A stretch of 64,000 bases of DNA. Origin: Protoeuglena noctilucae. Taxonomy: Eukaryota. Positions 47,101 through 59,494 of this stretch are shown here, in pieces; positions within the stretch are counted from its first letter, which is position 1, and each line of letters starts with the position of its first letter. Where the stretch lies: contig OY253682.1 of NCBI GenBank assembly GCA_958009085.1, positions 124,001-188,000 of the forward strand, given 5' to 3'. The translations under genes were made by a program, and so were the position numbers. The notes beneath the pieces are model-generated. The model worked only from the letters and a program-made list of their open reading frames with translations, was not told where the DNA came from and did no database searches.

Positions 47101-50100
47101 TACCCCCCCTCCCCACCACTCGTCTCCCCACCCTCCCCACTCTTCCCACCCCTCCCGACCCTCCCCACCATCCCCACCCCTCACCCCCTTCCCCACCCTT
47201 CCCATCCCCCCAACCCCTCACGCACCCTCCCCACCTTCTTCATCCCTCACCCTCCCGACCCCTCCCCACCCCCCCCCCCAACCCCTCATGCACCCTCCCC
47301 ACCCCCCCAGACGGCCGGCAAGGACGGCCTGGTGCACCTCTACGCCCGCTGCCGCGACGGATTCCGACTCATAGACACCGTGGATGCCCACGAGGGCCCC
47401 GTGACTGCCGTGCGTTTCCTGGGGAACGGCACCTTAGCGACATGTGGTGCGGACGGGCGGCTTTGCGTGTGGGGTTTGCCGGGGTGCGAGGGCCGCGGTC
47501 GGCTGGAGCTGCTGGGGCTGGAGAGGACGGAGGATGGCACGGCACTGTTCGACGTGGCGGGGGAGCCGAGCGGGCAGTACGCTCTGACGGGTGAGGGGGG
47601 TGGTGGGGTGGGGTTGTGGTGGAGTGGGGTGGCCATGAAGTGAGGTGGTGGAGTGAAGTGGGCAGTACGCGCTCACGGGTGAGGATGGGTGGAGAGGAAT
47701 GAGGTGGTGGGTGGTGGAGTGGGGTTGAGGTGTAGTGGAGATGCATGGCACGTTGCAGGGTCGCATCGTTACGCATCACTCCTGCTAAGCACCTACCTAT
47801 CCCATTCCCTCCATCCACTTGTCACTCCCCCACCCGCAGTGGGCCGCGCGTGCGTGCTGGGCGTGTGGGACGTGGGGGGTGCAGGCCCTGTGGGGGAACA
47901 CGACTTGGAGGAAGCAGGGGGGTGGCCCCTGCAAGTGCGGTGCGACCCGGGGGGTGTCGTGGCAGTCACGGCACATGCAGACGGGCGCGTCTGCGTGACT
48001 GACTCTGCGTCAGGGCAAGCGCTGGCCGTGGGGCGGGCGCATGGGGATGTGGCGGCGGCAGTGGCGGTGACGGCGGGCGGGGGCAGGGTGGTGTCCGGGG
48101 GGGCGGACGGGGTCGTGGCGGTGTGGCGGCTGCCAGAGGTGAGGGGCGGTGGGTGGGTGGTGGGGTGCGTTGGGCTGGTGGGGTAGGGTGGTGGGGTAAT
48201 GGGTAATTGGGTGGTTGTTTGGGCTGCTGCGTTGCAGATTTGCGGTTGTGTTGAGGATGGTGGATTATCAATGAAGTCCTCTTGCTCCGCCTCTCTGCCC
48301 CAGGCGGTCGCCCGGCTGAGCTGGGAGCGGTCGCGAGCGGCGGGCCCAGGGCCGCTCACAGCAGCCGAGGAGGTGCAAGTGTCGATCGACATGGTGGGAG
48401 GCATCCAGGCGTTGGTTGATACGGGGGTGGGGAGAGATGGTGCTGCGGGGCAGCGGGGGAGGGAGGTGGGAGAGGGGGAGGCGGAGGGCGGGCGTGTGGC
48501 TAAGCAAGCGAGGGGGCAGGGCGACGCGGACGTTCACTCGAGCGCGGGGGTGGCCCGGTGGGCAGAGGTGCGTGGAGTGGGGCGTGGTGGTGGTGGTGGT
48601 GGTGTGTGGGGCACTGACGTTTGGCATGGCAAGCGGGGGTGTCGCTGTTAGGGCACCGTCGTTGTGTTACCAGTGCTGTGTGGATGGGAGCGGAGAGCAC
48701 GGGACGACCTTTGACAGGCAAACCCCCGCCCCCGCCTGCCCCCGCAGTCCCTCCGCGACACGCCCCGACTGGCGCCTGACGTCAGTCAGGGTAAACCCCT
48801 CCAGGTCGTCTCCGTGGATTTCTCCGCGGCGCTGTCCGCGGCAGACGCAGAGATGGGCGACGGAGCATTACCTGAGAACATCTCAGCTATCGCCACCCAC
48901 TCAGCCCCAACTGACCCCACGCCAGTAGCGCTGGCACTGACGACCACGCTCGACACCAACGCATTGTCACAGTCGCATTCTGACGCACGGGAACGTGTGT
49001 CCGTGACCCTGTCTGTCGCTGACCAGCGCCCGGCTGAGATCTCGGGCAATGAGGTGGGGGCTGGGAGCCGGGAGGGTGCGGGTGCGGGTGAGGGTGAGGG
49101 TGACAGCAGGGGTGGCAGTGAGGGTGGGCGAGGGGATGGGCTGCAGGCGTCTGGGAGTGTGGGTCGAGGTGGATGGGAGGGGGTGGATGGGGCGGTGGTG
49201 GAGAGCCTGGGTGTGACGTTGGCTGGAGGGGAAGGGCTGCGAGAGAGGGAAGAGGAGGGGCGTGGGGAGATTGTGAGAGAGGGAGAGGGTGTGAGGGAAG
49301 GAGAGGGTGCAGAGGAGGGTGGGATTGAGATGGGTGGGGGTTCGTTGATGAAAACGATACGAGGGGGTATGGGTATGGGCGGCCTGGGCTCCTTTGCAAT
49401 GGGGGCAGTGGCAGATGGGGCGGCAGTGGGCGGGGGTGCGAGTGCCGAGGGCGACGGTGGTGGGCTGGAAAGGGGGAAGGACACGGGTCTGTCAGATACA
49501 ACGGAAGCGGCGGGTGCGGGTGGCAGTGCGGGTGGGGGTGCGGGTGCGGGTGCGCATGCAAGTGCGTTGGGGCAGGGCAGTGGCAGTGCCTTGGAAAGAG
49601 GTCATCGCCGGGATTCGATGCCTGGCAGTCCCGGCGCCGAGGACGACGACGATTGGTCGATGGAAGACGCATCCACCGAAAGACACAGCGGCTTGACCAA
49701 CTCCGCCATCACCGCTGCCGGCCGTGCCACCCCTATGTCCGGCGAGGGGTCCTATCTAGACGAAACGTCCCACGCGACCGGACAGTCATCGCCCGCGGGC
49801 GCTCCCGCGACTGACTACGCAACTGGCAGTGACACTGACGGGGACAGCGGGGTGCCCGCGCCCACCCCGAGCCCCGACCCCGTCGTCGCATCCCATCAGC
49901 ACCACCATTTGAGGGGCAACCATGCCCGCGCCGCGCTGGCCGCGTCCTCGCTCGCGTTGCAGCATATCGAGGACATCTCTGCGTCGGGGGTTGACGGGGC
50001 GACGGGGCAGGGCGTGAACAGCGGTGCATGGCTGGGTGCGGATGTCACGTGGGGTGGGGTGGGGGCAAGCAGCAGGTCCAGCCTCTCGCAGCAGTTCCGG

Positions 50101-53100
50101 AGCCGGCGGTCGGGAGCGGGGAGGGAGTGGGATCTGGCGGCGGCGAGCGCGGGGAAGGGGGAGGTGGGGGGCGAGGGGCGAGGGGCGGGTGCCAAGGGGA
50201 CAGGCAAGGCGGGGCTTGCCCATTTGAAATCCAGGGTAGCTGAGGCGTCGCGGGCGATCCTAGCGCGGCGGCCGGCGAGCGCGGGTGCGGGGGGAATGGC
50301 TGGGGCGGGAATGGGTGGCAAGGAGAGTGGGCTTGGCGTTGCAAGGGATGACGAGGACGCGCCGCCGGAGCCGGAAGTCTCCGTCTGGAGCCCCCACACG
50401 AGCGTTTCTGGCAACAGTGCTCTGCACGAGTCAGGGCCCGGTGCTGGCGGTGGTGTTGACGCGAGTGCAGGGTCGATATCCACTGGGCCATACAACACAG
50501 TCGGTCCGGCGCCTTCGGTGTGGCCGACGCATGCGGGAATCGACTCGGTTGCGAGCTCTGCCGCAGCGGGGTACCTCCCGGTGTTTCCTGCGCCACGCGT
50601 AGGGCCGGGCGAAACGCCAGTGGCGCACGCCAGAGGGGTGCTGGGGATGCAGAAGCTCAGGGACGGGCGGGTGCGGCTCAGCGGTGGCCGGCCGGGGCGT
50701 GGGGCGGGGGATGAGGGCGGGGTGGCTGGGAAGGGCGAGGGCGGGGCAGGGGGCGAGGATGGCGCTGAGCAGGGGTCTACAGAGCAGGGGCCAGGCCTTG
50801 TGGGGTCTGCGGCGGGGCAGTCGGTGCCCGCGCAGGTGTCCGCGCGTCTGGCGGCGCTGGACACTGACGCCACTGGGCGGGCGGTGCGGGGTGACAGCAT
50901 TGTCAGTGGTGATGGCGGTGGTGGGGGTGGGGTGGCGACCGGGGCAGTGCTTGCTGGGGTGTCCTCGGCCCCCCCCACCGTGGCTGCGACGCCGGGGCTG
51001 GGGTGGGAGGAGAGCGGGGTGGATGGCGGGCATGCTGCGACGGTGGGTGACTCTGTGGATGGGGGGGTGCCACCAGGACCAACGCCGAGTGTTGACCCGA
51101 CGTTCAACTGGAGCGCCCCGCGCCGCGAGGCGAGCGACGCGCGTTCGAGTCTCGAGGAGGCCTCCATGGCGCGCGGAATCGGGTGGAGCAATCGGTCGAG
51201 CGCGGACGGTGGCGCGGAGGCGGGGGCGGATGTGGCCGGGTCGGCATTTGCATCGCCCCGCAGCCAGACGGGCAGCCGCGGCGACGCCCGTGAGGCCATG
51301 GACGTTGGGGAAGCGAGCGTGGGGGAGGTGTCGTTTCAGGACATGGCCGGGCGCGGGGGTGGGCTGGACGAGGGTGGTGCGGGGGGTGGGGTGTTGTCGG
51401 GCGCCGCGAGCGTGGGTCAGCGGAGCTCAGCTGCGGAGGAAAGCGACGGGGGAGAGGAGGCGGCGCCGTCGCGACACGGCAGTCGTTTCTTCAAAGCGCT
51501 TAACACCCTCGCGCTGAGGACCAGGCGGGCGCTGGGGGGCAGGCGGGCGGGGGGCGAGAAGCAGGCAGGGGCGGGGGCGGGGGTGGGTGGGAATGGGGGT
51601 GGTAAGGGAGGTTCTGAAAGCGCAGCGGTGCCCCGCAAGACCTCCGCGCACGAGAGCAGCGCGACTGGGCCGGGCGGCGCGGGGGTGCTGGGCCGGCGGG
51701 TGGCGCATGAGCGGGGGCGTCACGGGTCGGGTGACCTGGCCCTTGTGATGGGGTCCGGTGGGTCACTGGCGACCGTCTCGCGGTCTCCGGGATCGGTCGC
51801 GTCGACGGTATCCGCGTCGCTACCCTCCGCTGTGTTCCGGAGCGGCGGGGTGGGTCCCGGGCCGGTGCGCAAAACCAAGGCACGGCCGGTGGGGCCCTCA
51901 GTGCAAAGCCCCGGTGAAACCGGGGCCGCGGCACGCAAGGTATCCGCGGGGGACGCACAGAGCGCCGCGCCGCTGGGTCCCGCGGAGTCGATGAGTGAAG
52001 GGGAGGAGGCTGGGGGCGGGGCGGGGGGCGCGGGAGGGTCCGGCAAAGTGCGACGGAGGTCGGGGTCCGGGACGGCGGTGCCGGTGCAGAGTTTCATGCA
52101 GCGATTGCTGTTCGGGGAATTGCCAGATTCCGAGGATCGGGGAGGCAGCGGGGACGGCGGGGAGGAGGGCAAGGCTGCAGGGGTGGCAGCGGGGGTGGCG
52201 GTGGCAGCGGGGGCGGTGGGTGCGGGCGCGGGCGCGGTGCCGGGGCCAGCAAGCGGAGTGGCGAACGCGGCTGTTAATGAGCGCGGGCGCCCCCGCTCCG
52301 CTCCCGCGGTGCCACCCCGCCTGCCGCGGCCGCCCTCGCCCCTCCGCCGGTCCCAGCCCACAGCGGCGACCATCCCCGAAGAGGCTGAGGCTGAGGTGGA
52401 TGTGGAGGGAACGCCGCACAGCGCATTGGAGCTGTCCACCAGCAGCATGCGGACGGGGGAGCTGGTGGCGGGGGCGGAGGGTGCGCTGGACACCCCCCCT
52501 GGTTTGGCGATGCGTGATCTGGCACCCACGCTGCGAGCGGCGGTGGGGGCGATGGACCGTGCCCTTCAGCTGCCCGCGGGGGCGTGGGGGTCGCCGGGGC
52601 GGCCGGGCGCGGCGACGCTGGCGGGGCTGCTGCAGGTGGTGGGGGAGAGGGCGGGGTTGCTGCGGGCGCGGGTGGTGGGGGGCGGGCGGGAGGGGTGGCG
52701 TGGGGTGGGGTGGAGGAGCACGGAGGAAGGTGAGGGGCAGCGATGGGGTGTTGTTTGGGATCACCATCGGGGTCTTCATGCGTTATCATCATCTTAGATG
52801 ATGATAAGCAATGAGTAGTACTTACTACATCTCAGTATAACTGTCTGTGCGCTGCCAACCCCCACCACCACCCATCCCCACGCCCCACCCCACTCCACCA
52901 CTCCCACTCACCCACCCACCCCCGCACCCCATCGCATTGCAGAGGAAGACGCCTCGCCCTCCCCCGCCCGCTGGGGCATCTGGACGTCTCTGTTCGGGTC
53001 AGGCAGAGTGGAGGCTGCCACGCCAGAACCCGACAAGACGCGGCTGCCTTCCTTCTCAGATGGCATCGTGGGGGAGGCAGGTGAGATGGGGATATTTGGG

Positions 53101-56100
53101 AATATATACATAGAGATCAGTAGATAGTAATACTAGTAATACTATTGATGGCATCGTGGGGGAGGCTGGTGAGAAGGGAACTGATAGGGACTGAACGATA
53201 GTAGTAGCATTGCTATATTGTAATGGAATGCACCCCACCGCAATTACCCACACCCACTTCACTCCCACCACCTCTACCCACTCCCCTTCTCCCTCCCCGC
53301 AGGCTCCCCTCAAGGCCCAGACACCGACTCTGCCCCGAGCGCATCCCACAGCCCATCACCCACCGCCGCACACCGCCAAAGCCCCACCCATGCCGACGGC
53401 GACACTCACAGCGACACCCAGGACCCCCCGTCTCCGTCATCCCCGATCGATTTATTCGTGGATGTACCCTCCCGACTGGATATGGTCAGTTTCTGGCGGG
53501 GGCGGGAGGAGGGAGAGGGTGCTGGGGAGGGTGCGAGCGGTGGGGCGTGGTTGCGGGGGCAGGGTGAGGGAGCGGAGGGGAGCGGGGAGAGGGAGCTGGG
53601 GGACAACGAGGGCGGGGGTGAGAGGGGAGCAAAGGGGGCGGTTGGCGGGACGGGCGAGGGGGGGCACGGCAGTGGGAGGGAGGGAGAGAGCGAGAGGGGC
53701 GGTGCGATGTGGCAGGGTGGCGATGGGAGGGGCGGGGCGAGGGGCGTGGACAGGCGTGGTGGCGCGGAGGGCGTGGCGATGGCGCTGTGGCGGAGCGGGG
53801 TGCTGGCGGCGGCGCCTGGGACGGAGGCGTGGGCGGTAGCAGTGAGCGCGGTAGAGGCGGCGATGGGAGGGACATCTGAGGACGGCGGGGCTGGGGTTGC
53901 CCTGCCTCTGAGCACCCAGGTTATGCCCCAGAGCCCCCAGAGTCGGGCGGGTGGGGCTGGGGTGGGCGGGGCTGGGGTTGGTGGGGTGGGGGTGGGGTCA
54001 GGTGAAGGTGAGGGAGGGGGGTGGGTGGTGGGGGGTGCGTGGTTGTAATGGTTGTATTGATTGTGATCGTTGCTGTCACTAAAAGTGTTTGCTTTCCTTG
54101 ACATTGCAGGCTGTGGTGATGGTGCTGGGTTGGAGTCGACTGTTGGCAGCAGCTCTGGGGGCGGGGATGGGGATGGGGAGGGCTTGCGAACGGCAGCCGA
54201 TGGGAGCGGAAGGGATGGGAGGGAGACGGGTGTTGTGGACAGTGGGAGCGAGGGATTGGGAGAGGAGAGGAGTTTGGGAGGGCAGTTGGGTGGTGACAGG
54301 ACAGGCGCAACGGAGGGGGTTGCTGGGACTCATGACGACGTTGCTGGGACTCATGACGACGTGGGTAGGGTTGGTGAGGGGTCAACCTGTGAGGGTGCCA
54401 ATGAGGGTGCTGATAAGGGTGGCAGTGGGGGCGGCAAAGGGGATAGCAGTGGGGGTGATGGTGGGGATGGCAATGAGGGTGGCAGTGGGGGTGGCAGTGA
54501 GGGTGCCGATAAGGGCATTGGTGGGGGTGCCAATGAGGGGCTCGTGGATGGTGCCCGTAAGGGTGACGTGGGGTCCAGCACAGGCCCAACGGAAGGGCCG
54601 GCGTCGAGAGAAGCAGAAACATTTGCTGACCACCCCCCTGGTCCTAGCCACTCCCCTGCATCCAACCACCAACCTGCACCCAGCCACCCCTCCGGCCCTA
54701 GCCACCCCTCTGGTGCTAGCCACCCAACCTCACCTGGCCACACCCCTGCACTCAATCACCCACCCTCACCTGCCCCTGCCCCTGCCTCCTCGTCACGATC
54801 TGCGTCTGAGGCGTCGTGGGCTGAGAGCGATGTGCATGGGGACCCATGCCAGGAGATGGGGACGGCATTGGGGATAGAAACCGGGGTGGAGGTGCCTTGG
54901 GAGGGGGCGGGGATGGGTGGTGGTGGGGGTGCGGTGGAGGGCAGGGTGGGGGTGGTGGGCGAGGGTGGGGAGACTGGGAGTGGCAGTGGTGGTGCTGAGG
55001 GCGGGGTGGAGATGGGTGGGGAGGCGGGAGGCGGTGAGGGTGTCAGTGCAGCAGTGGCGACCGTGGAGGTGGCTCCAGAGGAACAGGCGCCAGTGGGGTC
55101 GCAGGGAGAGGTGCATGAAACCTCGACCAAAGCCGCGCCAGACGTGCCATGTGACTGCGCAGTGGCTGGGACGTCGGTTGCAGCGGCGTCGCACCAGCCC
55201 CCATCGACAGCCCCGGCCCCGGACGCCCCGAAGGGGGAGGCCTTGCTCACTGGGGTCGAAACCTTGACGTCGTCCCCTGGCGAGGCGTCCCCGGGGATCG
55301 AACCCTTAACGTCTCCGTCCACGCACCGTGCCGACCCTCCCACGGGGGCACCTGAAGAGCCCAGGACAGTCTCCATGGCTCCTGCAGCCCCGCTGGTCCC
55401 TGACGGTGGCTCAGACCGGCAGTCCAACGCTGCTGGGGTGCACTCGGAGGGTGCAGGGGTTGAGGGAGCAGTGACGGGGGCAGTGGCAGGGGCGGTGGCA
55501 GGGGCGGTGGCTGGGCATGATACTGGGGCAGGGTTGGAGGCGGCAGCTGGGTCGGAAAGGGGGGTGTTGGTAGCGGAGGGGGACTCCGGCCATGGCGACG
55601 ACGTGCATGGGGGGGTGGGTGGCGAGGGAGGGGCGGGGAGCGAGGGGTGGGAGGAGGTGGCGGATGAGACGGCAGTGGGTGAGGAGAGCGGCAGTGAGGG
55701 GGCGGAGGAGGTGGTGGATGAGACAGGGGTGGGGAGTGAGGGGAGCGAGGGCGGTGGGGCGGATGAAGTGGCGTCGGGGGACGGCGGTTGGGTGGTGGAT
55801 GGCGAGGGGAACGACGAGGACGCTGTGAGCGACGTGGAGAGTCAAGAGGAGGGTGGGGACGATGGTGCGGGTGTAGCAAGCTCATCAATTGCAGAGGAGG
55901 GGGCGTGCGAGGTGGAGGTGGAGGTAGAGGGTGGGGCGCGGGGCGCTGGAGATGGGGGGTCGCAGGCGAGGGTGGGGGTCGATGAGAGGGCAGGGACATC
56001 CCCGTCGTCCGCGGCTGACGTCGCGGCGGGCTTAGCCGGGCGCGAGGTGCGTCGTTTGGAGTCTCACGCGTTCGACATGGACACGAGCGACGACGAGGCG

Positions 56101-56166
56101 CCGTCAAGTAGTGCCATGACGCGGGGTGCCAGTGAGGTGGAGGCGGCGGGCGTGGGGGGTGCGTAA
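44118..56166 (+). CDS. MAPKBP1/WDR62-like WD40-repeat protein with very long Gly/Ser/Glu-rich disordered C-terminus
   Basis: LELEYVAGLT, AGTVVVLYD, VAFSSDGRHLAAG, TVGTKQDGTVAVWNW, YADRSVRVWD, TCAADGTLRLW, AGKDGLVHLY, SGGADGVVAVWRLP; large exons 48814-52660 and 54110-56166; 3' structure less certain. Confidence 0.8.
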
Positions 56167-56530
56167 AATTGGGTTTGTGTGGAGGGCATGAGAGGCGAAC
56201 ATGCGATGGATGATTGCCGGAACCTTGTCCCGTGACGTGCACCGTGCACTGTATGTTGTTTCCTACCCTCGTGTGTGTGATCACGTATCAGCAAGGACCG
56301 TTTGAAAGGATGTAGGGCGTACGCTGCCAGTGCAGCGCTGCAGTGCCGCTCGCGGTGGCGTAAAGGAGGCGCGCCGGCAGTGGGAAGGAAGGAAGGGAGG
56401 GAGGTAGTCTATGCGCGAGTGAGCAAGCAAAGCCAGTCGACAGTTGAGACCGGGTGACTATCAGACAGGGCAGAACGGACGCCTGCGAGTCGGTGCGCAG
56501 CCGAATGCACGGCCCGGCGCGATTAGAACG

Positions 56531-57674
56531 TCACACCAACTGCACGGCGCCGATGCCGGGGATCTTCTCGCGGAGCTTCTGGCTGACGGCGACACGCACG
56601 GTCATGACCTGGGCGGCTGGGCCCGTAATCTGGATCTTGACGATAGGGCCGTCGATCGAGACGAGCTTGAGCTCCCCGCCGCCCGTCCCCACGAGGTACG
56701 GCCGGATCTCGTCCAGCGTCCGCTCCACGTTCTGCGTGTTGCCAGCGGAGCAGACGTCATTGGACACGTATACGCCTCCGCGCGCAGCCACAACCTCAAC
56801 ATCAACATCTATAAGTCATTTTGATGCCCGCGCGGCGCGCGCCTCGCCTCGTCCGTTAACTCCAGGCCCTCCAGCTCCGGCTCCACTTGCTGCACCTCCA
56901 GGATCTCAGGGATGCGCTCCATCAGCTTCCGCTCGATGCCCATACGCATCGTCACCGTACTCGACGGGCAAGACCCGCACGCGCCCTGCAGCTGCAGCTT
57001 GACCACTGCAGGAGGGGCGGATGCGGGGCGCGTCGCGTTGTCCGCCCTCGCCGCGAAGCAGGCGGCCCTCGCGGCAGGGGCCCAAGCTCACCCAAGCCGT
57101 CAATCTCTATCAGCTCCACGTTCCCGCCGTCGGCCATCAGATACGGGCGGACCTCGTCCAAAACCAGCTCCACGTTCTCCTCCGTCAGCTCCAGCGTCTC
57201 GCCCTCCACCAGCGCCCGGCACGCGGGAGGTCCTGCGAGGCAGAGGAATTGCATTCGCTCGATGACGGACGGGACAAGGCCCAAGGCGGCTCAGCCGCCG
57301 GCGCGAGGCTCCGAGACGACCGGACCAGCAAAACATAACGCAAGGGCGCCGCGGGGGACGCGCCAGGGCTTACAGCGAAGCGGACGTAAGGACAGGACGA
57401 CGTGGATATTGGAAGTATCGCACGCGCGCAGGGCGGGGTCTCGTAACGAGCGCTCTCCGGGCGGGGGGACAAGGAGCCAGGGATAGCGTCCGGACACGGG
57501 CGCAGGTCCCGTCCAGAACTCGCCTCGACGAACGACCCTCTGTAGATGCCGGTGATGCGCCCTTTGCGGCGAAGGGAGGAGGCGGAGGGGCGCCCGGACC
57601 CTGGGCGTACCTGCCCATCCTCGGGCGACGAGCGCGGGCGCGGCGCGGACGCACGCGCAGGCGACGTTAGCCAT
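56531..57674 (-). CDS. NFU: Plastid NFU-type Fe-S cluster scaffold with two NifU domains
   Basis: [41 protein letters not shown], second domain [19 protein letters not shown]; transit-peptide-like N-terminus. Confidence 0.93.
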
Positions 57675-57952
57675 ATCCTCCCAATCACGGAGCTCTCAAA
57701 GGAATCGACTGGGTATGGACGGAGAAACGGATCCCTCGATGCCCAGGACACGCACAGCTGTCGGACGGATATGTTGTTCGCAACTGTCGGCTCAAGAGGT
57801 GCCGCACGCGGGGAAGGCGAGAAACCCTGTTCCGACAAGAGGTGTTGCTGGCGCACGGCGCCACATTCCTCGCGCGCTGCGTTATCTGGGGATGCCTGAT
57901 GCAAGAAGGACTCGACAGGCCAGCCGGGGCAGCGGATTTCAGTGCAAGCACC

Positions 57953-59494
57953 ATGGAGGAGGAGACGGGGGGCGGCATGCCCATGATGCGGGTGCCCAGG
58001 CAGGAGGAGTACTTTGACAGGGAGCATGTGAGCACCGTCTCATCTCCGACCTTGCAGCGGGGCTACCATCGCGCTCTCCCCGCAACGGGGAGCCTCCCCG
58101 CCCTCGTCATGCGCAGGTCCTGGGCCGGGACGCGACCAGCGTCTTCCCTTCGCTGGCGACGAAGTGGCAGAAGACAACGGGGATGCCGATGATGGACCCG
58201 GAGCAGGTCGAGCGCATCCTGGGCACCCAGTCCAAGTTTGTTTCCGGTGTGCCGCCCTCCGCTGCCCGCGCCCGCGCGCCAGCGTCCCGCCAATCGCCCT
58301 CCGTCGCACCTGTGACACCGTGCGCTGCCGCAGAGTCCGAGCTGCGGGAGATTCGCGCGCAGCGGGAGGACCGAGAGGCCGCCGAAGCGCCGGCACCCGT
58401 GAAGTCGCTGGCGGAGCAGCTGGAGGAGCACAAGAAGGCCAAGGAGGCGGCGATGGCGGAGCGGGACAAGATCATGCGTAAGGGGAAGAACCGGCCGCTG
58501 ACCGAGGTGGGGACCCGCACCTCGCAGTGAGCGTTGGGCGCGTCGCAGGGCTGAGCATGCGCGAAATGTCATTGCCCCGGAGGTGCACTCACTAGAGCAG
58601 GCGACGCTCGCTGCAGGACGAGCTGGAGTTTATTGAGCGGCTGGAGGACACGGCGGGGGACGCGGAGCGGGAGCTGCGCCTCGCGGAGAAACGTGCTATG
58701 GCCGCGTTCCAGGCGGCGCGAGTGCAGAGGAGCGAGGCTGCGGGGGCGGAGGCGGAGGACGCGGGGACGAGTGGGTGAGTGGCGGCTGCGGCGTGGGCCA
58801 TTGGTGGGCGGAGGATGGAGGCACGCAATGCCGGAGCGTGTTTTGCATGAGGAGTCCTTGCATGCTCTTTGCACAGAGCATGGGAAGTGTTAATCGACTC
58901 CGCCAGCTTTTGGCTCCGCCATCCATGACTCGATTTACATCCCCTGCTTCGTTGCAGAGCGTCCGTCTCTGCCGCTGCGAGGGCCGCATCGCCCCTGGCA
59001 CCCGCACTGGCGCCCGCTGGCAAGAAGGGGCCAGCGAGGGCAAGGGTGGCTGCCAAGCGCAAGTACAAGACAGGACCGGGCGCCGACGCCTCATCGTCCA
59101 GGGAAACGGAGCGGGAAGGGATGGGGGGTGACGGGGCAGGGGTGCGGGAGCAGGGAGCGGTGCAGGGGCAGGGAGCAGTGCAGTCGTCAGACGGGGGCCG
59201 GCTGGCAGAGGTGAGAGATGGGGCAGTGCAATGGCTGCGCCAGGGCAGCGCAAGATGCAGGGCAGGGGAGTACGGAGTCTAGGACAGAGCTGTCGTTGCA
59301 AGGGCGGCGATGGGGCTGGCAAATTGCACGTTTTGGGCTCAAAGCTACAACAATTACCACTGCCCCCTTCATCGCAGGAGTCTCATGGGGCGGGTGCAGG
59401 CGGCAGGGTGGGGGTGGCGCCGGGTGGGGGCGGGGATGACCCTGGCGGCCTGGGGGTGCTGACGGGGTACGGCAGCTCGAGCGAAAGCGATTGA
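57953..59494 (+). CDS. FAM192A/NIP30/PSME3IP1-like nuclear protein
   Basis: SKFVSESEL, KSLAEQLEEHKKAKE, RPLTE|DELEFI, C-terminal LGVLTGYGSSSESD then TGA. Confidence 0.78.
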
